54,608 nt of DNA from contig JAHBMJ010000178.1 of the NCBI GenBank assembly GCA_018398765.1, forward strand, positions 1 to 54,608, in the 5' to 3' direction. The notes beneath the pieces were generated by a model. It was not told the origin of the DNA, did no database searches, and worked only from the letters and a program-made list of their open reading frames with translations. The position numbers were made by a program, and so were the translations under genes. How positions within the stretch are numbered: the first letter of the stretch is position 1; each line of letters begins with the position of its first letter. The stretch is from Chromera velia (taxonomy: Eukaryota). This document shows positions 23,694 to 34,906 of this stretch, piece after piece.

Positions 23694-26600
23694 GGCAAGC
23701 ACACGAAAGGCAAGGGAGGGAAAGGAATGTGTGTTCTCGTTCTAACAAAATCTAGAGAGAGGCGGAGGGACGGATGAAAAAAAAACGAACGTCGGTTGAG
23801 ATACGAAGTTGTGACTGAAAGAGTGAGGGTGGGAGCGGACGGATGTGTTGGGAGAGTGCAGGCAGGGCTAGAGGAAACCCCATAAGATTTGCCTGGCCGC
23901 GGTTTTGCTCTCTTTCCCACTCACTGGCTCGCTCGTGCTCTCGCTCGCTGGCAAATAAACGCGATCGTTGTCTCAACTACCTTCCTCCTTTCGTCATCTC
24001 CACCATAAACGTCGTTCCTCTGTAATCATTCCACGCTTCCCTGCAACAAAAAAAGAGAATTTTGGAGGCAAAGAGATGAAGCGGTCACGTACAACAGACA
24101 GAATAAAGGAATTGATTTCATCCGTCCGTGTGCAGTTGCATTGCGCTAGCCGACCTCTGTTCGCTTAGAAGAGACTTGCAGGGAGGGTGAATGTGAATGA
24201 GAGATGGGGGGTGCTTTCAGTAAGGCGCGCGTGTGCGAATGTAAAGGCCGCCTGTGGGAAGCAGTTGGGGGTCTGTCTGTATATCTGTATGCTTTTGCAT
24301 TACTGCTTTCTCTGACTTTTCGCTTTTCGAAGGATGCGGGAAGGAAGGATCGGCAAAGCAGCCGTGGATGGATGGGATGAATGTGAATCAACGTGCATAG
24401 ATGGCACTGAATGCTTAATGGAACGTCTGTCTGTCTCTCTGTGTATCGGGGAAAGAAGGAAGTTCTTCTGCCATCTGTTTCCGGGAGGAAAGACAGGCAA
24501 GGCAAGGAATGAAGGAAATGACAATGAATGAATGAATGTGAGATCTTACCTGAGCTTCTTTTGAGAGGTGCGCGAACTGTGTTTCGCTTTTTTTGAGGTG
24601 GTATTTTTTGCTTTTTTTTTGTTTTGTTGTTGCGACGTGTCGTTTTGGCTTAGGCCAAGGCAGGGGTGTGTAGATCTGTTCAAACGAAGAAAAACAACAG
24701 CCGGAATGTTGAAATAAGTTTGTCTGTTCGAGCCTCCAATGCGGAGCGGTAATGTGGGAGGAGGGAGGGGAGGTGGTGCTGTGCCCCTATGTAGCAGTAG
24801 TGGCCGGACTTACTTTTTGTTTCACTGAATGGATGGTCGTGTTGCGGCGCTGTAATTTTGTCAAGGGACAAGCAGACCTGTCTGCCTGCCCTGCTTCAAT
24901 GTCTGGCTGAAGATCGAAGAATTGAATGATTAAGTGAATGAATGGATGGATGGATGAATGAGCAGAGGAATGTATGAGGAATGTCAAGTGAAGGCAGTGA
25001 GGGTGTAGAAGCGAATGACGGATGATCGACTGAATGCCAGATAGGCATTCAAACAGGGATGCCGGCCGTCGAGTTTGTTGTTGGTGGCTTTTGTCTTCTG
25101 GATCCTCTCTCTCTCTTCCTTTCGTCTTCTTATGATGCGTGTGTGCGTGCGCATGTGTGAATGAAAAAGGAGAGAAGAGGTGAGAGAGAAACCACGGCTG
25201 TCTATCGAAAGAGACTTTTCTGTCAGCTCGGCCTCATCCCGTAAGGGACGAAAGAAGAAAGCGAAGCGGAGGTCTTTTCCTACTCCCCCTTTCTTTCTAA
25301 ACCGCAGGCAGGCAGGCAGTCATATCTCTTTTTGGTACGGAAAATCTTTTAGAGACGACCTGAAGAGGAAGGGAATGGAGGGGTGGGAAACTTACGAGTA
25401 AAAGGAAAGAGGGAAGAATGAAACCGACAGAACAACTACCTGCATTTCTGCCTGTCTTGTCTTGTCTACGTATGCAGAGAGACCCTCCCAGTGGATAACC
25501 GACCACATCTGTCAGACTCGACTTCTTCCGACTTCTTCTGCTGCAACCAAGATGGTTGTCTGCCTTTTCTGTCTACTGTTTTCTTTTCTTTTCTCTCCTC
25601 TTCTTTCCTCTTCTCTTGAATATTCCGATTCCTTCCATTTGCTTGTCGTAAGGCTTCAGCAGGAAGTCACTTAGGCTTCGGCCGCTTGCGTTGTCTGCTC
25701 GTCTCATTGTTGTTTGGAGGGCGCTGTCTCTATTCTTGCGTCCAATGAATTTGTCCACTGATTCCGTTCATGGTCTCGTGTCTGATGAGTGACTGGCCGG
25801 ATGCACAATGGATGGTTGTTTTGTTTGGGCAAGTCGGGGGGGGGAAAGAGAGGGAAGAGAGGGAAAGAGAGGGAAGGGAGTGTGTGTGTGTGTGTCTCTC
25901 GGGGAACTGAAGTCTTGAGACCCAACGTGCCCCACTCAATGAGAGCATCGTGCCTCACCAATTGAGAGTATCCCACTCGCTCCGTCTGTCTCGTGTGAAT
26001 GATCAAAGGAAGGAAGGAAGGAAGGAAGGAAAGAAGATAACAACATCCAATCATCATGATCGGCCATGGCCTGTACGCCCCGGATCAGAGGGAAAGAAAT
26101 TCCATTAGACACCAAACTGAAAGGAAAGGAAAAAACAACAACCCACTGTGTGTCCAAACGCCATCGTCTTTCTTCGGTTCGCCCTTCCTTGCTTGCTTTC
26201 TTCGCACTTTTCCATTCCGTCTCCATCTGGTTCCTCTCTCTTCCCTCCCACCTAGCCCCTCCTCCCCCTTTGCTTACGACGATCGTTGAAAAAGGACAGT
26301 TTTTTGCCCTCCCAAAGGAAGCAAGTGGATTGGTTCGTCGGGTAGGATCTGAGTGACTGCGTTGCAGCAGTGTTTAGCCCGTCCAGCCTGAGAACTTCAA
26401 GAAGAGGCGAAAGAACAGTCAGAAGCCTTATTATCTTTCTGATATGTGCAAAATGAAGGGTCAAAGCATGGGAGAGAGGGTTGAGGGTTAGAGATTCCTC
26501 TCTTCGCACGCAAACGAACACGCAGACAGATAAGCGGACTAATGGATCAAAAAGGCGACACCCAGGCAAGGAAGCAAGCAATAATGAAGAGAGCGGGGTG

Positions 26601-26815
26601 ATGATGGTCACGTCACTCAATGTCGAGACACAGCTGGGGTGGGGGACTTAAAGGGCTTTTTCGTTTTTCATTTCATTTCTTGCATGTTGCGACTCCCGTC
26701 GAGTTTGCTCCTTTCCTCGCGTCCTTCCTTCATTTGCATTCGCATTCCGCTCCGCCCCCCTCCTTCTCAGTCTTCTCGACCGCATTCCGCCTGAGCGTTC
26801 CCCCCCCCCCCCCCC

Positions 26816-26894
26816 NNNNNNNNNNNNNNNNNNNNNNNNNNNNNNNNNNNNNNNNNNNNNNNNNNNNNNNNNNNNNNNNNNNNNNNNNNNNNNN
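26816..26894. other. Assembly gap (79 N) after a poly-C run
   Basis: Run of N in the sequence. A single N also occurs at 8879 in a poly-C run. Confidence 0.99.
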
Positions 26895-27039
26895 TTCTCT
26901 CTCTCTCCCCTCTCTGTCCCTTTGTGCCGGGGTCTGTTTGGGGCTCCGGTACGCCACCAGCCGCTTTCTTTCTCTTCCTGCTTCTTTCTTAAAGAACTGG
27001 TTTTGAGTGTTGGCGGGCAGGGGAGGGAGGGAGGGGGGG

Positions 27040-27075
<36 letters not shown>

Positions 27076-28039
27076 ATGAGAGCGGTGCAGTTTTCTTGGT
27101 CGATTCATCTTGCAGCTTTTCTCATAAGTCGATTGCAGTGAGATTGATTACCAAGCATGTCCCCTTCATACATGTATCAGGGCCCGAATCAGGGCTGCAT
27201 CGTCTCTTTTGCTCGGAGAGGGAACGACGCCCACCGGAACAAACACGCAAGTGTCCAACGAGCGCTGCCTGCGATTTTCCCTCACGGACCCGTTCAACAG
27301 TCACAGATTCATTCCAAGAAGGAGGCATGCAGCCAGCATTGAAGCACTCGATGTAAGCACAGAGAAAAAGAACGGCGTTCATTTCCATCAAGAGAGAGGT
27401 GCGTGACTTCAGGTGATGAAGAATGTGATCTCCTTCCTTCGATCCCCAATTGCATGATCGATCGACGCTCTCTCTCTCTCTGACAGGATAGTTCAATGCT
27501 GCAAGCGGTGGCGATTCGATGGCTTTGTACGCGTCGGATCGAGTTCGGACTCAAAAGGAAAGAGGAGTGAAATGAAAGTCGGCATGCAGGGGGCTGTAGT
27601 GCATGCAGCGTATCGGATGCAGCCGGTCTCTCTTCGGACTCTTATGCAGAGCGACCACCAGGCCCTTGTGGTTGGTTAAGCAGAAGAGTTCAGAAACCTG
27701 CGATCTCGAGCGGCAAGTGCATGCATGCGCAGGAAGTGGGCACTGTCTGTTCCGCGCGCTGTAGGTCACTATTACGACTCACTAAGGCCCGAAAGTGATG
27801 CCCCACGCTATGACGCACAACTTCAGAAGCAGACTAAGAGACTCACCATCTGATCATCATTATACGTCATGCATCGCCATCTTCCGAGTCTAGCATTTGG
27901 CGGTAAGTCGCCGGCAACGCATAAATCCGAGTCGGAGGCTAGGTCGGAGGCAATTTGGTTTTTAAAGCTATACTACTAAAAGTGCTAGTAAAGGTGTTTA
28001 TAGTTTAATTATTTGTCTAGGATGAAGTTCAATTAATTC

Positions 28040-29121
28040 AACCTCCCTGAACCTAAGTAGGGCTCGGAAAAGGTTCATTAAGAAAAGGTTCAAATCTGAA
28101 AAAGTGAACCTGTTGAACCTGTTTTGAACCTGTTGAACCTGTTTTGGAGGCCAGACGCGCGGCCACTGGTACAAGGCCGGCCAGGCCCGCGCCGCCCGCG
28201 GCCCATATAGGTGAAATAAGGAGCCGAAGCCGCGCGCACAGCAACTGTCCCTAGCCGGTTCAATCTATTGTGTTGGACAAACGTATGTCAGCATATGTCA
28301 GCATCATATATCAGCATGAAAACTCATGCTGACGGTTGCAGAAGTGAAGAAGTATACGTGACTTACCAAGTTTTCCACTTGCAAGGCCCCACATCAAAAT
28401 GGACAGTCTCTACTGAAGGAATGAGGAAGTATAGAGTTTCTTTGACAGTAGTCTGCACGACAGTGTAATTGACAATGTCTTTTTGGAGGGGCTGCTTCAG
28501 ACTCGTGCCGGCAGCAGTCCCTCTGCTTGCTTCTGCTACTGCCATCTCCGGATCTTTTTTTTGATTGATACGATCATATAAATTTAATTATGACATTTTC
28601 TAATTTTTTCAGGCTTTTTTGATTACTAATTTTCGATTATAAACAGTGAATAACTTGAGACTAGCACCTAATATGAGCGTAAATATTGATTTAAACTATT
28701 TAAAAACACTACTAAGGCATAGATTCTATAATAAAACGTTTTAAAAATGCATTAAAGCCTAATCTAAAGGCATAAAATAACATGAAAAAATGAGGTTTCT
28801 ATTAATTAAAAGTGAACCTGTTTTTGAACCTGTTTTTGAACCTGATTCAGGTTCATTACTTCGAAGTGAACCTTGAACCTTTTCCTAACACTAAACCTAA
28901 GTGCCACCTGAAAAAATATAATCAAGATCATCTTTATCTGCGGCATCTTTTTTCAAGAGACCGTCCACGCCTGCGGCGTAGACGGTCAAGACACCGTCCA
29001 GATATGCGGCTTTAGCTTTCAAGACACCATATATAAATGATCCACGCCTACGGCACGGACTTTCAAGCTTATCCAAAAATGCGGCTTGAACTTTCAAGTG
29101 GTAGTTAGGTTTAGGGAGGTT
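28040..29121. mobile_element. Outer MITE (about 238 bp once the insert is removed) with 30-bp TIRs and an 8-bp TSD, interrupted in its left TIR
   Basis: Reconstituted left TIR AACCTCCCTGAACCTAAGTGCCACCTGAAA versus reverse complement of 29092-29121 AACCTCCCTAAACCTAACTACCACTTGAAA (26/30). TSD ATTAATTC at 28032-28039 and 29122-29129. Confidence 0.85.
28058..28893. mobile_element. 836-bp non-autonomous hAT-type DNA transposon
   Basis: TIRs TAGGGCTCGGAAAAGGTTCA and (reverse complement) TAGTGTTAGGAAAAGGTTCA, 17/20. Perfect 8-bp TSD AACCTAAG at 28050-28057 and 28894-28901. Subterminal TGAACC(TG) repeat clusters at both ends. TAG-start TIRs with an 8-bp TSD are hAT hallmarks. Confidence 0.92.
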
Positions 29122-32100
29122 ATTAATTCTATTCAACTCAATAACTTAAAATTATATAATTATGATTAAATTACTTTGGATGCTCTTTTTCATACAAATT
29201 TGGCCACCGGCCTTATGCAAGGGTAGCGAGCTTGCGCATGAGTGACTGTGATGGTTACCTCTCATTGAGAAGTTGTTTACACTATCAATGCTTGCTGTGC
29301 TGTTATATTATAACTTAGTATGTGGTAATTTAAGAGGGATTGAGGAGAGAGCCACGTACAAATTTTAAGGAGATTAAAGTTTATAGAGACGGGCGAAAGG
29401 TGTGAAAGGCCTATAAACATCTAGAATTTTCCACGAATGATGAATGCATGGACAGTCTTTTACTACGACTTTTAGAAAGCCACAGGGAAACACACTGGCA
29501 ATAAATCTTCCCGCTTATTGGTTTTCTCCCCTAGTTTCTCCCAGGCAGGTCTCCGGCATATGCGGCTCTTTGCTCTTTGTTTCATGTTATCTAGGATGTT
29601 GTTTGCTTGCACTCTCACCGGAAGTTGGTCCTAAACTCTTGTATCGAAAGTAGTACGTACAATGAGGGAGGACACTGAATTCAGGAAAGCGACGCAGTCG
29701 GACGGACAGACGGTCGTGCAGTCTCCACCGAGAGTGCTCTTCATCTTTCTGTCTGTCCGTCTTCGTTTGTTCCCCCCTCCTTCCTTCATCGGACAAGCTT
29801 AAAAGCGACCCAAGGAGACCCCTTAAAAGTGGTCTCGTGTCTCTCCGCGCTACGTCCCTCCATCGATAAAAAATATGTAGAAGACAAGCACACGCTGACA
29901 ATCCGGACATGCGGACACACGCTGCACAAAACAAAAAAGGGACTGCCGTACAGCGACAGGAAGGAAGAACACATCAAAAGAAAGAAAGAGAACGATTGAT
30001 TTTCAATGAAATCAATACAGTTCATCCATGTCCCAATTTGTCCCTTCACTCGCTCGGCAAGCAGGCAGCGACACCTGTCTACTCAGAGAAACGCCCCGCT
30101 TCCTCTGTTGCTTGCCGAATGTGTTTCTTTCTGTCTTTACATACATACAACCTGAAAAGAATCAAACAAAACACCCCCAGGCCCCCCCCCCCTGAGGGTG
30201 TCTTTCTTTTCGACTGCTCTTCTCTCAAGTCGGGCGCTTTGCTCCCCTTTCTTCTTTTTCAATTCACTATTCCCGTACCCAGACGCGGTTGTTAAAAGCG
30301 ATCCGGGAGGGAACTCTGTCTTTAAAAGGTGCATGATCGGATGGATCTGTCTAGACGTGCATAATTGCCAAAACACAATAACGAAAGCAATGAGACAAAT
30401 GTCTGTGCTCTCGTCAACGGGAGCCAGACAGGCAGCGAGAGGAATGGATGATCACTGGAGGGAGGGAGGGAGGGAGGCAAGGAGCTTCAAATCTCCATAA
30501 GCACACACGCAGAGACAGAGGCATGGTATGCACAGAGAGCGAGAGAGGTATGCACACAGATCGAGGCATGCATCCATCCATACACAAACAAACAAAGCGA
30601 CTCACTCGACCACTGACAGGTCGAGCGGAGCTGGCAGCCGCTCAAATGGAATGCATTGGGAGCTAGGGAGAGCCTAGTCTTTCTGAGACTCCCCTCTCAA
30701 GCTGGCCTCTCCCCCTCCCTCCAAGGCACATGCCCGCCCTTTCCTTCCGCCCACACACGCAAGCAAGCACACCGTCACGTATGCACACGCCCACTCTTTC
30801 GGAACATTCAAAGCATCAAACAAGAGATGGAAGCAGGGAGGGAGGGGAGAGAAGGACCGAATCGTTTGATCAAAGGCGAAGAGGGAGAAGAGACCCAATG
30901 TCAGTCGCAATGGGTGGGAAAAAAGAACAAAACGGTTGATTGTGTGAATATGCATGCGCTTCTTTCTCTTTTCCTCGCCCAAACAGACAAGGCTGTTTTT
31001 GTGGGTGACTGATCGATCAACTTTTCTTTCTTTCCTGACGAACAGACAGACAGACAGACAGACAGAGACAGACAGACAGACAGACAGACACAGACAAGAC
31101 AGACAGACTATATGTTTCTTCTTCTCCCTTCTTTTCAGACAGACAGACAGACACACACAGACAGACAGACAACGTCCTCTTTCTGTCGGTGGACTATTCA
31201 ATCATTCTCTCGATTGGATGTTCTCGAAGGCACGCAAGGAAGCAAGGAAGGAAGAAAGAAAGAAATCGACCATGAAACAGGCCGGGTTCTTCGTGTTTTT
31301 TTCATCTAGAAAGAAATGAATCAATGAATAACTATAGCCGCCGGAGCCTAGCTCCTGGCAGTCCATGTTCATGCAGTTCATGCGAATATGATGAAAAGAA
31401 GGAAACTGGAGTAAAGACACAGACAGGCGGACAGACAGATGACGTACGCACAAAACCAAAGACAAGACAAAGTGGCCAGACGACGACGCGAGTGTTGCAA
31501 GGGCGGCTGACGTTCTTTCAATGAACCAACGAAGCAGGTCGAACGATGCACGTTGGAGGATTGAAGAAATTTTCGGTCAATTCGGCCGTCTCGATCGATC
31601 CAGACAAAAAGACAGCGACTGAGTGGTGAGTCATGCAAAAGGAAAGCAAACTGTCAGAGAGACACCCCCCCTCCAACCGATAGACAGGACGAAGAAATCC
31701 TCCCTCTTCCATCGATCAACTGTTGCTTTTCTTTTCTACAAGTGCGTGTAAAAATGCACGGAGAACCTTCTCGATCTAGGACACTTCCCCTTTGTCTCTT
31801 CACAACATTCTGCGCCCTAGCTCGGCCGTCGCTCTCCTTCTGTCTCTTTTCGATGGATGACATCCTCAGACGCATGCAGTTAAAAGCTCTGTCTTAAAAC
31901 CAAGGTCAGTCTACCTGTGCATGCATAGTTGATCTTAAAAACATAAGAGTACAGGAAGGAAAAAAGAGCAGCTCTCGCGACCTCAAGCACTCTCTCTGAC
32001 TGAAAAACAGTTTGACGAGAAAAAGAAATTGGAAACCTGCATGCCTGCAATCAGTCACTGCACATACACACACGAAGAAAGAAAGGAACCACAGCATTCG

Positions 32101-33005
32101 GTGGGATGTCAGGGTGACTCCCGCCCTTTTCCTCTGCTGTCCTCCCGGTTTTACCTCCTTTTTTTTCGGTCTCTCAGTGCCATGGTGGAGAGAGGAGGGC
32201 AGAGAGGTCGGAGAAGAAGTCAAATCCAAGACGAGCGCGGCAGACCATTTGTCTCTTTCTTTTTCGATCTCTTCTTTTTTTTTACAAAACAGACAGACGG
32301 ACCGACGGACAGACAGAAAGAAAGAAAGAAAGAATGAGAATATTTTCCTTCGGATGCAGGAGCAGTCTCTGTCTGTCTGTCTGTCTGTCTTGCTTCCTTC
32401 CTTCCTCCCTTCATTTCTGCGATGTGTTTTTCCGGTTTTTTGCCTGTCTTTCTGCATTGCCCCTCTGAGCCCGGCTGATTTTTTGCAATGCAAATAAAAG
32501 CTTTCGATCAGCTCTCCTTCCAAAGATCGATCCCTTCTAAAAAGAGGGTCGCTAAGCACAAAACAGAACAGAGGGACACACACTTGCGCCCTCAGTCTGC
32601 GGGCATAAAAACACTCTGACAACTAGAAACACAGTCCATTTTTGATTGGAGCACATTCACAGATGCGACGCACGCACACAAGAAAAGAGAAAGAAGGTCA
32701 ATCACACTCAGGAAGGGATGGCGATTCATTCTCCCCTTTTTCGCCTCCTCTTCTGGGCACACTTTGGATGCCTCTGCTCTTCCTGCGCAGACCTTCTTTC
32801 CTTCCTTCGTGTATGAATTTTGAAAACAAATTGGGGGTTTTCAACGAAACAGACGGACGGACAGAAGAGAAAAAATTCGGTCAGATGGTCAGGCTGCTCA
32901 TTGAGCTGCCCAACTCTTAAGTCAGAACAGAAGGATGAAATGGCCGAACGACAGGCAAAGAAAACCGAATGTATCAAACTGGCGATGGCCAAAGAGCAAA
33001 ATGGG

Positions 33006-33059
<54 letters not shown>

Positions 33060-34906
33060 AGCCGTCTTCACATGGAACATCTTCATCATGCGAAAATTGG
33101 CTGTCTGTCTCTCACGCTTTCGGGCCTCTTTTGTCGATCAGGCAGCACATATGGCGGGCAGTCAGTCCGTTAGTCTAGTTTTGCTCCTTCAGCCAGGCAG
33201 CCACCAAAGCAGAATGAATCAAATGAAGTGAGTGAGTGAGTGAGTGAGAGGACGGGATGACTGGATCGCCTCCCGTCCGTTTTTGTGTGTATGCAGGAAA
33301 GGAAAGGAAAAGAATTAAAGGAGAGGAACGGAGAGAGTGCACAAATTCACTCGATTGTCTGTCTTGTTTCTGTTTTGCTTCTCCTTATCCTCTGTTGGTC
33401 AGCACATGGCATGGCTTCTTTCCTTTCCTGCAGCTGTCTATGACTTTTTTGGTTTTCTTTTTGGGCCTACGAGATGATTTCAAATCCATCCACACAGTGG
33501 GGGTGAAAGTCTGTCTGCATAACACACACGGCATCCCAAACGCATGTGACAGTCAGTTAGTCAATCGGTCAAACGGATCCGTTTTCTTTTTCTCGCGCGA
33601 AGAGATCGCCAGTTTGAGGCTGCGTTTGTCTCCTCTCGTTTCCGTACTTTTTTTCTGCGCATGCCAATTTCTATCACATGCAGCCTTTTGCATCATCAAA
33701 TTGCGTACAAGATTGATTTCATCCAGACGACTTTTCCGCTTTGTTGTGTCCCTCTGGCAGGCACGGACTCGCAACGCATCCGCCCCTTTTTTCCCTTTTC
33801 TCTTTCTTTGTCTTTTCCCCCTTCCCTCCCTCTCTCTCTTTTGATCTGTCAAGAGAAGCAAGCAAAAAAGACTCCCGATCGTATACGCCTTGAGAGAAGG
33901 AAGGAAGCCCTTGAAGGAAGAGCTTTGCTGCCACAGTTACAGCTCTCTCCCTCTCGAAACGAAAACGATGGGAGACTGAATACGTATGTACGGAGTGCGC
34001 ACGTCGCGTTTTAGTTGGATAAACCAGCCGTAAAGCGCGACTTTCTCCTTCTTTCTTTTCATTTCTTTTCTGTTGGCTGCCTCGCTCTCCTCAATCAATC
34101 AATCAAGAGAGAAGAAAAGCTAGCATGCCAACAGATCGATGCAAGCAAGGGCATCAGAAACGGAAAGCAGAAGATTCAAATGTATGCAGGGACAAAGTGA
34201 GTGCTGTGAAGGGGAGGGGGGAGAGAAAGGAAGAGAACATGCATTCACTTAAATCCGGTTGAAGGAAGCAAAGAAGGGTAGACAGACAGAAAAGACAGGC
34301 AGAGGAATTTCTACCCCGTCTCTGCACTCCATGCTGATCGACTCACTGACTCATCCACCAACGCGGACCCATCAGCGACTCACCAGAAGCAAAAAAAAAC
34401 CATCACACACATATGACATCAACTCGCCACCCTGGTAGGCAGACGAGAGAAAGAGAAAGAGAGAGAGAGAGAGTGAAAGAGGGTGCCAGCTGCATGGCCA
34501 CACAGCAGAAGAAAAGAAGATCGCGGGATTTTCATTCGCGACCGGATGGATCTGTAGTTTCAGTCAGTCAGTTAGACAAGTCATTTCAGTCAGAAGATAC
34601 AACAATGGAAACAAGCCACCCCTACCCTGCTCTGCCCTGCCCACCATACCAATGAGCACAGAGGAAAGGAAAGGAAAGAAGGAAAGGAAGACGGAAGGAA
34701 TTTTATTCTGTTCGTTCAACAGGAGAGGAGAGGAAACGGGCGACCCAAAACGCCCCGGCAAGGCCACCAAACGTCTCCCTCTTTCTTTCCTTCCATGCAA
34801 TTTCTCTCTTTCTTCCCTTCCTTTCAAAGCGACTCTTTCTTTCCTCCCCGACTGCCATCCCTCACTCGCCACTCCCCGTTCGACCTTTTTTCTTCCTTTC
34901 GTTCAG

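Noticed and set aside
27770..27787. TATTACGACTCACTAAGG resembles the T7 promoter
   Set aside because: Only a 12-nt exact core with mismatches on both sides and no vector or phage context. Treated as chance.
28363..28545. 60-aa ORF inside the hAT element as a transposase remnant
   Set aside because: No convincing BED-finger, DDE or dimerisation motif by eye. It would need tBLASTn against autonomous copies.
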